A stretch of DNA of 64,000 nucleotides from a virus (IMGVR_UViG_3300033075_001228), one strand, 5' to 3'. Counted from the stretch's first letter, positions 28,575-39,841 are shown. The notes: generated by a model not told the origin, from the sequence alone. Program-made: numbers and translations.

Positions 28575-31500
28575 TGGCAGGTACCAACACGGGCGACGGC
28601 GGTTTTGAGATAGACGGCAAAGTTTATAGCTTTGACGTGGGGGAGCTTGACGCCCCGGGCATTGAGCCAACAAACGAGGACAACGGCGACCTAAAGGTAG
28701 ACAAGACTGTCAAGGACATCAGCAAAAAGACAAAGGTTACGTTAGGCACGTACTTAAGCCAGGCCACGAAGGGCGGTCATGGGTATGCATTAGGCACACC
28801 CAACGCATTTACTGTTGATCCTCCCTCAGATCCGGATAAGCCAAACGAGTTAAACACAAACGACGAAAAGGGCATGCCGGTTTCTCCGACGCCAACGACC
28901 AACAGCAGCCGTTACGTCGAAGCAGGACCAAGGGCGCCGCAGGGAATCGGTGGCGTTGTTTTTGACTCTCCTGACCTGCGGGCGTCCGAGACGGCGTCAC
29001 CAGACCCTGCTGCCTCGTTAACAACGTTGGGAAAAGGCAAGCAAGGTAAGCAGGTCGACGGCCACTCCCTTCTGCTAAACGTTTCCAAGGACCAAACGCC
29101 TGAGCCGATAGAAACGTACAGGTCGACAGTGTTGACGACAAATCGTTTTACGTCTGCCGCCAGGATGTCGGAAAACAACAGCTACAGGATCGGAGACAGG
29201 ACATATAACTCTGGCCACCTTAAACAGGTCGGGGTGATGCTGTCGTTGAGGGCCAGCCAGGAATTTCCCGCGGCGTTTAGCGAAAACGTTAACCCAGTCG
29301 CTGCAGCGTCTGTCATCGGTGCAATGTTGCCTAGCCCGGCCCAGCTCGGCGTGCTGAAGGTTCCAAACCTTTTGCTTGAGGCGCAAGATGCGTTAAAAAA
29401 CCTGTCGATTTCCCCATATGAAACGGCAAAAGAACCGACAGTTGTTGAGATCTCTCCTTTGAACGGTCAGTCATGGGGTGCATTAAACAACGTGGAAGAG
29501 CCCTGGTCAGGAACGTTAAACCTTGGCATGGTCGCCACTGCCCTTGCGCTTCAGGTTGCGTTGCTTCTGGCGTTTGAAGGTTTGGGCGCAATGATCGGAT
29601 TGATCGGCAACGGCGGCGGTCCCCCGGCGGCAGCAAGAAACCCAAATGGGTCATACACAAAAGGCAGCTACTACGCTGTGCCTACCGCTGACCCAAACAA
29701 CGTCGGTTTTCCGCCAAACATCATGGCGTTGCTAGGGATTCACGGAACAAGGTTCCCGTTTGGCGATGCCCTTAGGGTGGGCACAGCAGCCTTTTTTGTC
29801 GGCGGCGATCGTGCAAAAGAGGGCGTCGGCAGCCAAATTGGCGGTGCGCTGTCGTCTGCAGTCACGGGGGCGTTGGCCGATAACTCTTCAGCCGGTCACC
29901 TGATCATCGTTTCTCGATTGATCATTCGGACAGGGCAGGCGATCGCTGCTCAGGTAGAAAAGATTGCGAATGCGTTTGTTTCAAACCCGATCTCTGGGAC
30001 AAAGGGGATCATGGGTCTGATTGACATAATCAAGCAATCAAAGCTGATCGCAGCCATCAACATCTTTACTGTTTTGGGCGATGCAATCCTTAGCGAAGAC
30101 ACCTTTAGCAAGGACACAGCAGGACCTACAGAAAAAGGCATGCATTCGACCATAGATTCGATACCTCCTGATGCTGCTGGAGCGAGCGTTAAGAAGAGCA
30201 GGCTTAAGAAGGCAAACGATCCAGTCGGTAACTCGCTTAAGCTTGCGTGGGCATCAAACAGGGCCCCGACGTCATACCTCATTCCAGAGTCAGTTGCCAC
30301 CATGGCGCTTGCTGACGCCAAGCTCGGCGGGTTTAGAGGACCGTTCGGCGCGCAAGATCCAGACAGCAAAAGCCAGCTCATGGTGCAGACTGAGGCTGAC
30401 CGTGTGTTGGCGGGCGCTCGCATACCGCGTGCCTCCACGACCCCTGGTGGGTTAGATGTCAAAAAGATCGAGTCGATGCTTGACTCTGAGTACATGCCCT
30501 TTTACTTCCATGACCTTCGGACAAACGAGATCATCGGATTTCATGCGTTTCTAGCTTCCTTGTCAGATGATTTTACGGCAAGCTGGGAAACAACAGACGC
30601 ATACGGACGTGTTGATCCGATCAAGGTCTACAAGAGCACCGTTCGTAGGATCGGGATGAGCTTTTACGTTGTCGCGACAGACGAAAAAGACTTTGATGAA
30701 ATGTGGATCAAGATCAATAAGCTTGTTACGTTGTTGTACCCACAGTACACGAAGGGCCGCACGTTGACAGATGGAACAAATACGTCGTTCGTGCAGCCTT
30801 TCAGCCAGCTCATTGGGTCTAGCCCGTTAATTCGTATTCGTCTTGGTGACCTAATCAGGTCAAACTACTCACGGTTTGCGCTAGCCAGGCTGTTTGGCGC
30901 AGCTGACGGCGACATGAAGCTTAGCGGCCAAGCCATTAAATTCGAAGGTGCCCAGGGCATTGTCTCAGATCCCTCATCTGCCAAACAGGTCACTGACATC
31001 ATAAACGCAGCACAGGCTGACCTTAGCAACACATATCACCTGACGTCAGCAGGATGGGCGTCTGCGATGGAACCCTTAGGCTCTGGGATGGCTGCGGGTG
31101 CAGCAGGACCCTCGTCCCCAGACCAAGCGCCAACGATGAAGATCGATGAAGGAGACCTGCCTTACTTTGAGTTTAAGATCAAGAAGCCGTTAGGCAACGG
31201 AATGGTTGCTGTTGAACCCACGGTCATCTCTGCGACAGATCTTGTCGACAGGTATGGGTTTGAAACCTATGGTGCCACGCTTCAATACAACATCCTAACT
31301 GACAGGTACAACAACAAAGACAACCTGTCGACAAAGGTGGTCGGCGGGACGATCGGCTATGCAGTTCCTCAACATGCGCTTCGCCTGACGCCAAAGTCAT
31401 TGAACAAGGTGTTTGCTGGCAAGCCTGGGATCGCTAACGCAGTTCAGAACATCGACCAGCTGTCAGCGTTCCTTGACATTGAGAAAAATGCGCTTGTCAA

Positions 31501-31750
31501 GTCATTTCGGGCGATACAAGGTAAAGGCCTTGCTGGGGTGATCGAAACGATGAGCTTTGACTGGTACGACAAGGTGCAGTGGGACATAAGGCCTGAACAT
31601 CGTGCGCCAAAGACATGTAAGGTTACGTTGACATTCGCACCCATCCATGACATCTCCCCAGGCATCGATCACCTTGGTTACAACAGGTCACCTGTTTACC
31701 CCGTCGGTGGTGCGATGGGCCAGGGTTTTGATCCAGACAAATCTACGTAA
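28574..31750 (+). CDS. Baseplate / tail-tube initiator-domain protein
   Basis: 'FHAFLASLSDDFTASW...YGRVDPIKVYKST.R.I.MSF' tube-initiator-like segment; follows the TMP gene. Confidence 0.55.
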   Translation: MAGTNTGDGGFEIDGKVYSFDVGELDAPGIEPTNEDNGDLKVDKTVKDISKKTKVTLGTYLSQATKGGHGYALGTPNAFTVDPPSDPDKPNELNTNDEKGMPVSPTPTTNSSRYVEAGPRAPQGIGGVVFDSPDLRASETASPDPAASLTTLGKGKQGKQVDGHSLLLNVSKDQTPEPIETYRSTVLTTNRFTSAARMSENNSYRIGDRTYNSGHLKQVGVMLSLRASQEFPAAFSENVNPVAAASVIGAMLPSPAQLGVLKVPNLLLEAQDALKNLSISPYETAKEPTVVEISPLNGQSWGALNNVEEPWSGTLNLGMVATALALQVALLLAFEGLGAMIGLIGNGGGPPAAARNPNGSYTKGSYYAVPTADPNNVGFPPNIMALLGIHGTRFPFGDALRVGTAAFFVGGDRAKEGVGSQIGGALSSAVTGALADNSSAGHLIIVSRLIIRTGQAIAAQVEKIANAFVSNPISGTKGIMGLIDIIKQSKLIAAINIFTVLGDAILSEDTFSKDTAGPTEKGMHSTIDSIPPDAAGASVKKSRLKKANDPVGNSLKLAWASNRAPTSYLIPESVATMALADAKLGGFRGPFGAQDPDSKSQLMVQTEADRVLAGARIPRASTTPGGLDVKKIESMLDSEYMPFYFHDLRTNEIIGFHAFLASLSDDFTASWETTDAYGRVDPIKVYKSTVRRIGMSFYVVATDEKDFDEMWIKINKLVTLLYPQYTKGRTLTDGTNTSFVQPFSQLIGSSPLIRIRLGDLIRSNYSRFALARLFGAADGDMKLSGQAIKFEGAQGIVSDPSSAKQVTDIINAAQADLSNTYHLTSAGWASAMEPLGSGMAAGAAGPSSPDQAPTMKIDEGDLPYFEFKIKKPLGNGMVAVEPTVISATDLVDRYGFETYGATLQYNILTDRYNNKDNLSTKVVGGTIGYAVPQHALRLTPKSLNKVFAGKPGIANAVQNIDQLSAFLDIEKNALVKSFRAIQGKGLAGVIETMSFDWYDKVQWDIRPEHRAPKTCKVTLTFAPIHDISPGIDHLGYNRSPVYPVGGAMGQGFDPDKST

Positions 31751-31760
31751 GGCGTAAACA

Positions 31761-32057
31761 ATGGCAGTCAGCAGGTATTCACGAACACCAAGGCTCGATC
31801 TAGGCGCTCAGCTCGGAACGTCTGTCGCGGTCCAGAACATTCGATCTGCGATCAAGGATAACCAGATCCCAGTCAAGACGATCTTGCTTCGTGGGGCTGA
31901 GCGGTTAGACACGATCGCTGGTTCAGTTTACGGTGATTCACGGTATTGGTGGGTCCTGGCCGCGGCAAGCAACATCGGCTGGGGGCTTCAGGTTCCTCCA
32001 GGCACGATCATCAACATTCCTGATTTGGCTGCTGTCATTAAGATTGTGACGGGATGA
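31761..32057 (+). CDS. Baseplate wedge LysM-like protein (gp53/tail X-like)
   Basis: 'ERLDTIAGSVYGDSRYWWVLAAASNI...PGT.I.IP'. Confidence 0.8.
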   Translation: MAVSRYSRTPRLDLGAQLGTSVAVQNIRSAIKDNQIPVKTILLRGAERLDTIAGSVYGDSRYWWVLAAASNIGWGLQVPPGTIINIPDLAAVIKIVTG

Positions 32058-32060
32058 CAC

Positions 32061-34961
32061 ATGGCTGAAGACGTAACAACGCTTGACAGCATCTTTAGGA
32101 TGATCACGCCCGCGGATCTGCTAGGGGCGCAAAAGCTTTCGTTGGGTAAGAAGGTTCCTTTGAGCATTCTACGAGAGCTGCTAGACATCGTTTTTAGCCT
32201 CGACGGCGCGCAAAACGTTGACAAGATGTCAGAGTCGTTAGACGCCTTGCAAAAGAAGGTGACGGATCCAGCCGCTGCAGACCAATTCAAACGGATCATC
32301 CATTTTTACAAGACTGGTCAACCGTGTGCTGCGTTTGGCGACGCACCTTTTATGGCGCTTGACAGCGACGGAAAGAGCCCGATAAACAAGGTCACGTTTG
32401 ACCAGATCGTTGGTAAAAACGTCAAGCTGTCTCCCAAAAAGAGCATGGGCATCATGCTGTGTAACTCTGGGTTTTTAAGTCCATCGGTTCGAAACGCTGA
32501 GCGCGTCGAGCTGTTCATGAACTTCCTGCCTAGCGTCGTTGCTTCACGTCTCACGCCCCTGCTCGAGGTTGAGTTTGCGTTTAACAGAAGCGTGCCAGAG
32601 CCAAAGGTTGCGCAGCCTCACATGTGGTCGCCAGGGTTGATGAAGTTTTTGTTAGGAGGTGATCAAAGCGCAGTGGCAGATCCTAACTCACCGTCGGCGA
32701 CAATGCTTGGCCTACGAGAAACGCATGACAAGGACAACAAACAGCTACACTCAATAGCTGGAATGGAGATGTTTACGTCGCCGCAGACGTTGGTCAACGT
32801 TTCGCCGGCTGCTAACGCCGGCAGGTATGTTGACGTGTTAGATCCGTTTCGGCCATTGATGTCTATCGAAAGCTTTTCTGTAAACGTTGCGCCAACAGTT
32901 GGCCTTTATTCGTACAAGAAAGCAACGCTTGTTTTTAAGCTTCATGACCGCACAAGGCTGTCAGAGATCGCAGACCTTGTGCGTCCCCAGGTATACCAAG
33001 ACAGCTCTTCAGCACCAACGATCTGGATCACATATGGGTGGCGCCACCCGTCCGAACCGGGAAACCCGTATGCAGACTTCATCAACGGCAACATGTTGGT
33101 GCGAGAGGCATACGGAATCATCAACACACAGTTTTCGTTTGACCAGGTAGGCCAGGTGACGCTGACAATGTCGCTGTGGACGAAAGGCTTGCCTGAGATG
33201 CGGACGATGAACGTCAACGATGACGGTTCGTTGCAGGTCGTGAAGGAGATCAGGGACATCGCCCAGCAGGTCGCTCGCTACCGTAACGCGCTGGGCATAG
33301 GCCCAGTTGAAGGCGTAAACAAGGAAGTTCGTGGGTTTTTGCTTCTAGAGGCAGCTGAACGCGGATCATTTCCTGACATGTCGACAGACGACATCAAAAA
33401 GGCGCTTGATTCGCTGAAGTCAAGCCTTCGTGCACCTAACGCAAAGCTAGACAAGCAGGCAGCTGACGGCCTTTTGAAGGAGCTCAACAAGCTCTATAAC
33501 CCTTCCGATAAAAGCTACCTTGACTACAAGAAAAGGCTTGAGTCACAAGCGACAAACGTGACTAACGCTAGGTTTGCGGAGGTGATGAACGGCCCTGACC
33601 CATTTTTGCCGTCAGCTGCAAAGAACGCAAAGAAACAGGCTGAGTCAAAGTCTGAGCCGCACCCGTTGACAACGTTGGTTGAGACGTTGAACGCCTACGC
33701 AAGCGACAACGACGTTAAGACCATGGTCAACCCAACCAACAAGTCAACGTCAGCGTTCAGAAAGAAAGCTGTTTCATTTGGCAAATTAGTGTCTGTCTTC
33801 ACCGCCAATACGTTTAAGCAAATCGATGAAATCGACGAGCTGCAGCTGTTTTTCTATCAGTTTAACGACCAGGCTGGAGCATGCGCTAGCGTTAACATCG
33901 CTGAGTTTCCTATTGAGATGCCAGTCTTTCTTGACCAATACCGCGATCACGTTGAACGAAAAGGATCAGAACGTGTAACGCTTGAGGAGTTTTTGCGGCT
34001 GGTCATCGATGCCCAGCTACATGACACCCGTGCAATCGGCTACGGATTTAGGCAGTACTTTGCGCCGTATGACCCAGCGAACAAGCAGGACGCCAAGCTG
34101 AAGAAAGGGATCAATCCTGAACAGCTAGAGCTTGCGAGGGCGCAGTTTCGCATGCCGACGATCGAGGTGTACGTAGAGACAGTCTATTCGTCAACAGCGA
34201 CAAACGACGTTGATAAGCTACATCAGTTTGAGGCGTCACCAAGCGTTTCAGGGTTTGCAAACGGCGGACGTGCAAGGCAATACGTTCGTATCATGCGTGT
34301 CCATATCTTTGACAAGAGCAACAATCCATACAAGCTGGCTGACGCTGTGCTACAGTCTGACGACAAGCTTTCGTTTGTGGAGGTTGACAACGCATACCTT
34401 CGCCAGCAGGTCCAGGACAAAAAGAAGACAGCCTCAGACGTATGGGCATCGTTGCTTAAAACGTTGACGCCAGATGCCAAGATCGATAGAACGAAAAACG
34501 GCAACGTTAGCAACCAACAGATCAAAGACTTTGTTTCAAAGATGGTTCCTACGATTGTGTATGGAGGCAATGCATCTAGCATCATCAACGCAAACCTTGC
34601 ATCAAAACAGGATCCGTTGCTCGCTACTACGCAGATGCAGGCCCAGGCTAAAGGCGCCGGCCAGCCTCAAGCGCTTCAAAGCAACGGCTCAGACGTCGGC
34701 GGCTTGCCGCTGAGGATCGTGCCTGCGTCCATGTCATTGACAACGTTTGGGTGCCCGCTGCTGATGTTTGGGCAGATGTTTTTCATTGACTTTAACACCG
34801 GAACAACAGTCGACAACATCTACGGACTGACAGGCATCACGCACACGCTGACGCCTGGAAAGTTTGAATCAAACATGACATTGACGTTTGCTGATGCATA
34901 CGGAAAGTTCTTTGGGGCACCGACCATCATTGACTACGTTAAGTCTATGCAGGTGCCTTAG
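32061..34961 (+). CDS. Baseplate hub-like protein (gp27/late-control-D-like)
   Basis: C-terminal 'GCP...GQMFFIDF...NIY..TGITH...GKFES'; follows the LysM-like gene. Confidence 0.55.
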   Translation: MAEDVTTLDSIFRMITPADLLGAQKLSLGKKVPLSILRELLDIVFSLDGAQNVDKMSESLDALQKKVTDPAAADQFKRIIHFYKTGQPCAAFGDAPFMALDSDGKSPINKVTFDQIVGKNVKLSPKKSMGIMLCNSGFLSPSVRNAERVELFMNFLPSVVASRLTPLLEVEFAFNRSVPEPKVAQPHMWSPGLMKFLLGGDQSAVADPNSPSATMLGLRETHDKDNKQLHSIAGMEMFTSPQTLVNVSPAANAGRYVDVLDPFRPLMSIESFSVNVAPTVGLYSYKKATLVFKLHDRTRLSEIADLVRPQVYQDSSSAPTIWITYGWRHPSEPGNPYADFINGNMLVREAYGIINTQFSFDQVGQVTLTMSLWTKGLPEMRTMNVNDDGSLQVVKEIRDIAQQVARYRNALGIGPVEGVNKEVRGFLLLEAAERGSFPDMSTDDIKKALDSLKSSLRAPNAKLDKQAADGLLKELNKLYNPSDKSYLDYKKRLESQATNVTNARFAEVMNGPDPFLPSAAKNAKKQAESKSEPHPLTTLVETLNAYASDNDVKTMVNPTNKSTSAFRKKAVSFGKLVSVFTANTFKQIDEIDELQLFFYQFNDQAGACASVNIAEFPIEMPVFLDQYRDHVERKGSERVTLEEFLRLVIDAQLHDTRAIGYGFRQYFAPYDPANKQDAKLKKGINPEQLELARAQFRMPTIEVYVETVYSSTATNDVDKLHQFEASPSVSGFANGGRARQYVRIMRVHIFDKSNNPYKLADAVLQSDDKLSFVEVDNAYLRQQVQDKKKTASDVWASLLKTLTPDAKIDRTKNGNVSNQQIKDFVSKMVPTIVYGGNASSIINANLASKQDPLLATTQMQAQAKGAGQPQALQSNGSDVGGLPLRIVPASMSLTTFGCPLLMFGQMFFIDFNTGTTVDNIYGLTGITHTLTPGKFESNMTLTFADAYGKFFGAPTIIDYVKSMQVP

Positions 34962-34997
34962 TTGTAAACGTTCTGCAGCGGATCGTATTGTCTATTC

Positions 34998-36227
34998 GTG
35001 GAGTTTTGCGTTGACTCCAAGGTGTTAGGAACAAAGAGCCACCTCATGTGGTCTCCTGAGGGATGCGCTTGGCTTGGCGAGGTGCCAAAAAACTGCTGGC
35101 ACTTTAGCGGCAATGTCAAGCCGCTGAACGATTGGTGCATGGACTCGCTGCTGCGACTCGGTCAGGTAGACATAGGTTGCAACCCGCCAGAAAGGTACGT
35201 AAGGGTGATGCAACAGGTGGCGCCATCGTTGCAAAACCCTCCGTGGGTCCACTGCATGCCAGCCGAGGCTCACCGTGCCTTTGTGAAAAACTTGTTAGCC
35301 AGGCTGGCTGATTCCCTTGTAGGCCTACCGATCAATTATTTCCGAGACACCTGGGTGCCTGGAAACGAGGTCATGAGGGCATTGAAACCTGCGTTCATAA
35401 AATCAGCCAGGCTTGAGGAGCTAGTCAGGTTGAACGTCGGTAACGTTCAAGCGATCAAAACGTTTGCGCCGACCAGCGTAGCAGGGTTTGCAGAGCAGGT
35501 CACATACGACAGGTTTGGAACATTGACTGGAAGGCTTACGGTCTCCTCGGGGCCTCACATCTTGACGTTAAAGCGTGAACATCGTGACATAATCGCTCCT
35601 TCAACCACAAGGGGAAGCATCATGTCGATCGACTTTGCTGCGTTGGAGGCGCGCATTTTGCTGTATGAAGCCGGGCATCGCTGCGACAAGGTTGACCTTT
35701 ACGGTTCAATCGCTGCTGAGCTTGGCTACGATCGGAAAGCCGTTAAGGGTGCAGTCATAAGCGAGCTGTATGGAAGCTCAAAGCAGGCGTTAGGCGAGGC
35801 GCTAGGCATCAGCGGAAAAGAGCTTGATTCGTTTGTGAAAAGGGTTAGGAACCATTTCAACGTTCAAGACCTCATGAAGCGGATCAAGGAGCAGTTTTTG
35901 CAGACAGGAAGGATCAACAATCGTTATGGACGTCCAATCACGATTGACGAACCGCTTCCTCACATCTTCAAAAACTACTATGCGCAATCAACCGGTGTAG
36001 ACGTGTCTTTGTTGGGCTTCAAACAGGTGATTGACCATCTGGCGCTTGTTACGCCGGATGTTAGGCCTCTGTTTTTGCTTCACGATGCGTTGTTTCTTGA
36101 CGTACCGGCGCGATGTGTTGATGACGTCATGAAGGTGGGTCCCGTCACCGTCCCGGGGTACGTCCAAGCCTTCCAGCTTAAGGTTGAACGGTTGGTTTGT
36201 ACACAGGAACAACGTGCAATAGCATGA
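34998..36227 (+). CDS. Family A DNA polymerase-like protein (polymerase domain only)
   Basis: 'TLTGRL', motif A 'DFAALEAR', motif B 'RKAVK...LYG', 'NYYAQST', motif C 'LHDAL'. Confidence 0.8.
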   Translation: MEFCVDSKVLGTKSHLMWSPEGCAWLGEVPKNCWHFSGNVKPLNDWCMDSLLRLGQVDIGCNPPERYVRVMQQVAPSLQNPPWVHCMPAEAHRAFVKNLLARLADSLVGLPINYFRDTWVPGNEVMRALKPAFIKSARLEELVRLNVGNVQAIKTFAPTSVAGFAEQVTYDRFGTLTGRLTVSSGPHILTLKREHRDIIAPSTTRGSIMSIDFAALEARILLYEAGHRCDKVDLYGSIAAELGYDRKAVKGAVISELYGSSKQALGEALGISGKELDSFVKRVRNHFNVQDLMKRIKEQFLQTGRINNRYGRPITIDEPLPHIFKNYYAQSTGVDVSLLGFKQVIDHLALVTPDVRPLFLLHDALFLDVPARCVDDVMKVGPVTVPGYVQAFQLKVERLVCTQEQRAIA

Positions 36228-36232
36228 TCAAT

Positions 36233-36823
36233 ATGTCATTGACGCCTGAAGAGATTGAGAAAAACTGGCAGAGAATGCTAATGTTGCTAGGCAAGCTAGG
36301 AGATCGTTCTAGCGTTGCTATTGCAATGGTCGAAGCGTTGGGCGAACGGTTAGCGTTGTGTCCTGCGTCTGCAAGACGTGATTACCACAACGCATTTCCC
36401 GGTGGGCTGGTTGATCACTCGCTTCGGGTGTTGATGAACGCTCGCTTGCTTGCTGGAGCGTTTTCTTGGGACCTTCCTAAGGAATCATTGATCGTTGGGT
36501 GTCTTTTTCATGACCTTGGAAAGGTCGGGGACCACGAGAACGACTACTACATTCCACAGACTGATCAATGGCGAGCCGACAAGCTAGGTGAGGAATACAC
36601 CTACAACAAAGACATCCAATACATGACAGTGCCTGACAGAGGGATCTTTCTCTGCCAGCACTTTGGATTGAAGCTTTCACAGGATGAGATGCTGGCTATC
36701 AAGCTAAACGACGGACAGTATGCAGACGAAAATGCAGCATACAAGCTCAAGGAACCCAAGCTAGCAGACGTCGTTCACATGGCAGATCTCATCTCAACGA
36801 AGCAAGAAAAGGGGCTTTATTGA
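36233..36823 (+). CDS. HD-domain phosphohydrolase (YhaM-like)
   Basis: 'PAS...H....GGLVDHSLRV...LFHDLGKVG...HMAD'. Confidence 0.8.
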   Translation: MSLTPEEIEKNWQRMLMLLGKLGDRSSVAIAMVEALGERLALCPASARRDYHNAFPGGLVDHSLRVLMNARLLAGAFSWDLPKESLIVGCLFHDLGKVGDHENDYYIPQTDQWRADKLGEEYTYNKDIQYMTVPDRGIFLCQHFGLKLSQDEMLAIKLNDGQYADENAAYKLKEPKLADVVHMADLISTKQEKGLY

Positions 36824-36855
36824 CCCAAACTAAGCGAGGTGTCAATATTTATGAC

Positions 36856-37101
36856 GTGAGTAGCTTTTTGCTTAAGCAGTACGTAAGGTTGCTTTTGCGT
36901 GAGCTGGATGGATCATTGTTAAAGCTGCCCGAAACAGCGATGGCTCGCGTTCCAAACCAGCTCATTGAGCCTCACGATCAGGAAAACGAAAACGAAGAAA
37001 TAACTGAGTTTTCAGGCGCCAGTGCGGTGCCTGGTTACGTTGGTCCGTTGGGCATGGATCCCGACAAGCTAAACCGACGTAAAAATGCACGGAAAAAGTA
37101 A
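36856..37101 (+). CDS. Small protein with related N-terminal helix (LLKQYVRLLLRE)
   Basis: GTG 4 nt after ATATTTA motif. Confidence 0.5.
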   Translation: MSSFLLKQYVRLLLRELDGSLLKLPETAMARVPNQLIEPHDQENENEEITEFSGASAVPGYVGPLGMDPDKLNRRKNARKK

Positions 37102-37171
37102 ACAAAACGTTCATAACATCGTATGATCTAGACGCCCAGTAATGGGGTTTAGACACAAAGGAAAGAGGAAA

Positions 37172-38068
37172 ATGGCAATTGATCTAGAGGCGATTCGTAG
37201 GCGCGTAGCTGAGCTTAGCGGAAACAAGAAGAACTCGTCTATCCAAATGTGGAAGCCGGGCATCGGGGAATATAAGGTTAGGGGGCTCCCTTGGAAGAAC
37301 CCCACGGAAGGGCTGCCGTTCATTGAGCGGTGGTTTTACTACTTTGTCAATCCTGGCATCCTGACACCAAAGCAGTTTGGTAAGCCCGATCCGATTGATG
37401 ACCTCATCAGAAAGCTGTTCAGCTCAGGCAAACCTGACGACAGAATCGTGGCGAAGAAGATGCTTCCTAAGATGCGTGCATACATGCCCGTAATCGTCAG
37501 GGGCGAGGAAAGCAAAGGAGTCCAGGTTTGGTCGTTCGGCAAGCCGATCTATCAGCGACTTCTTGGGTTTTTTAACGAGGAAGACGTAGGAGACATTCTC
37601 GATCCGAACGAGGGCTTTGACCTTAAGGTCACCATCTCCCACACGCAAGGAAAGATGTTTAACGGCAAGCCTTCGTTGGACACGACTGTCGACGTTAGGA
37701 GACCGAGCAAGCTGTCTGACGATCCTGCCTTGTCAAAGCAGTGGTTGGACTCTGTTCCAAACCTTGATGACATGTATAAGCTCAAGTCGACCCAGGAGAT
37801 CGAAGCGATCTTGAACAGCTGGCTGAACGGCGGAGATGCATCGAGCAGCGACGGTACCTCACGTGACGACGGCTCATCAAGCGATGAGCTTGACAAGATC
37901 GCAAATGAGCTGAAGACGTCGCCTTCTGTTCCTGTGGCGGCGGCTGAGCCAAAGGCCAAGGCCAAGGCCAAGAAATCAGCCCCAACGCCTTCTGTTGATG
38001 ATGAGCCCGCAGCGGCTAAGAAGTCAATCGAAGATGCATTTGCAGAGCTGATGGAAGAAGACGATTGA
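37172..38068 (+). CDS. Single-stranded DNA-binding protein (gp32-like)
   Basis: 'VWSFGKPIYQRLL...DILDPNEGFDL'; acidic C-terminal tail; directly upstream of recA. Confidence 0.75.
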   Translation: MAIDLEAIRRRVAELSGNKKNSSIQMWKPGIGEYKVRGLPWKNPTEGLPFIERWFYYFVNPGILTPKQFGKPDPIDDLIRKLFSSGKPDDRIVAKKMLPKMRAYMPVIVRGEESKGVQVWSFGKPIYQRLLGFFNEEDVGDILDPNEGFDLKVTISHTQGKMFNGKPSLDTTVDVRRPSKLSDDPALSKQWLDSVPNLDDMYKLKSTQEIEAILNSWLNGGDASSSDGTSRDDGSSSDELDKIANELKTSPSVPVAAAEPKAKAKAKKSAPTPSVDDEPAAAKKSIEDAFAELMEEDD

Positions 38069-38103
38069 GCAAAGGCTAATCAACCTGCAGCTGTAACAGA
38101 TAA

Positions 38104-38157
38104 GCAATGATCTGGCGCACATGATAGCCGGCAGCGGCACGTGCACCAGATCATTGT
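38104..38157. terminator. Long imperfect hairpin between ssb and recA
   Basis: GCAATGATCTGG ... CCAGATCATTGT. Confidence 0.45.
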
Positions 38158-38190
38158 TTCACATTATGAACGGTAACACAAGGGGAAAGA

Positions 38191-39408
38191 ATGGCTAAAG
38201 CAAAGAAAGCGTCCAACGAAGCACACGAAAAAAGCGCTAACGATGAGATTGATGACATCACAAAGCAGCTGATCTCCGACCTCAACAAGGAGTTTGGCAT
38301 GCGAGTGGCGTATAACCTAGCCGAGGTCGAGGCGCCGACTGTTGTCAAACGTTGGCTCGATACCGGATCAATCCAGCTGAACTATGCCATTCGTAACGCA
38401 TCTGGCGGCGGGTATCCGGAGGGAAGGATCATTGAGATCGCTGGTCCTCCGTCGATCGGAAAGTCACACCTTGCATACCACGCTGCAGCGTGTGCACAGG
38501 CGTTAGGCGGCATTGTCATCTACATTGACACTGAAAATGCTACGCCTCTCCTTAAGCTAAAGGAGATGGGGATCAACATCAAAAAGGGCTTTGTCTACAT
38601 GGATGTTCATGCGACAGAGCATGTGTTCAAGGCGATCGAAGACACAATCTTGAAGGCAAAGTCGCTTGTGAAGGACGTACCTGTTCTTGTCATCTGGGAC
38701 TCAGTCGCAGCCACGTCGCCGTTGGCAGAGCTAAACGGTGAGTATGAAGACACGACTGTTGGCCTACAGGCCCGCGTCATCAGCAAAGGCATGCGAAAGA
38801 TCACTGGTGTAATTGGGCAGAACAACGTAACGTTGCTTTGCCTAAACCAGCTGCGTGATGCCATTGGTGTCCAACACGGAGACCCACAGGTGACGCCCGG
38901 AGGCAAGGCGATTCCGTTTCATGCCTCTGTGCGCGTTAGGCTAAGCAGCGGCACGCAGGTCAAGGATTCGAAGGGAAACATCATCGGCATCCACGTCATC
39001 ATGACGTTGAAGAAGAACAAGCTCGCTCCTCCGTTTCGCAAGTATGAGTTTGACATCATCTTCGGAAAAGGCATCGTTGAACACGAGTACATCTTCGATG
39101 AGGTTCGTGCATACTGCAGCACAAACAAGGTCTTTGCTGACTATGAACACCCAAAGGATGGAAAAAAGAGGGTAGAAATCAACATCAGCGGAACGTCATC
39201 ATGGAGGCTTTTCACTGTCACTGATGAGCAGACTGGCGAGGTGTTGATCGAAAAGAAGTTCTACAAGAGCGACTTTGACAAGATCATGTCAGATCCTCTT
39301 TACAAGCCTTTCATCGACAAGGCGATCGAGGACACGTATGTGATCACTTCTGGCAAAGAGGCGGCTGATCATTCTTCATCCGAAGACGAGGTTTTTAGCG
39401 ATGAGTGA
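38191..39408 (+). CDS. recA: RecA/UvsX recombinase
   Basis: '[15 protein letters not shown]', 'YIDTENA', 'WDSVAA', 'NQLR', '[14 protein letters not shown]'. Confidence 0.93.
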   Translation: MAKAKKASNEAHEKSANDEIDDITKQLISDLNKEFGMRVAYNLAEVEAPTVVKRWLDTGSIQLNYAIRNASGGGYPEGRIIEIAGPPSIGKSHLAYHAAACAQALGGIVIYIDTENATPLLKLKEMGINIKKGFVYMDVHATEHVFKAIEDTILKAKSLVKDVPVLVIWDSVAATSPLAELNGEYEDTTVGLQARVISKGMRKITGVIGQNNVTLLCLNQLRDAIGVQHGDPQVTPGGKAIPFHASVRVRLSSGTQVKDSKGNIIGIHVIMTLKKNKLAPPFRKYEFDIIFGKGIVEHEYIFDEVRAYCSTNKVFADYEHPKDGKKRVEINISGTSSWRLFTVTDEQTGEVLIEKKFYKSDFDKIMSDPLYKPFIDKAIEDTYVITSGKEAADHSSSEDEVFSDE

Positions 39409-39841
39409 CATTGTCGTAAAGCTTAAAAGGAAGAACCTTGAGACGAACGTGCCTGCTTATAAGACTGCAGGCTCCGCAGGATGTGACGTCACTGCGACAG
39501 GATTTGTTGAGCTGGGACCAGGAGAGTCAGCCATGGTACCTACGGGCCTTTTTCTGGAGGTACCTGAAGGGTACGAATGCCAGGTTAGGCCTCGTTCTGG
39601 CCTTGCGAAAGACCACGGGGTGACTGTCCTAAATTCACCTGGAACTATCGACTCTGACTATAGGGGAGAGGTTCAGGTTTTGCTTCACAACACTAGCCGC
39701 GTAAAATACACTGTTGAACCAGGCGTAAGGATAGCCCAGTTGGTGTTTGCGCCCGTGGCTCGTGCCACATTTCAAGAACACGAAGAGCTGTCTAGCACCG
39801 CTCGTTCTGTCGGCGGCTTTGGATCAACTGGAATGAAGTGA
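39401..39841 (+). CDS. dut: Trimeric dUTPase
   Basis: 'GSAGCD', 'RPRSGLA', '[10 protein letters not shown]', 'RIAQL', 'GGFGSTG'. Confidence 0.95.
   Translation: MSDIVVKLKRKNLETNVPAYKTAGSAGCDVTATGFVELGPGESAMVPTGLFLEVPEGYECQVRPRSGLAKDHGVTVLNSPGTIDSDYRGEVQVLLHNTSRVKYTVEPGVRIAQLVFAPVARATFQEHEELSSTARSVGGFGSTGMK

Noticed and set aside
9279-34961. Bacterial extracellular contractile injection system or T6SS locus
   Set aside because: Neck proteins, a long TMP and an adjoining full phage replication module indicate a phage genome.
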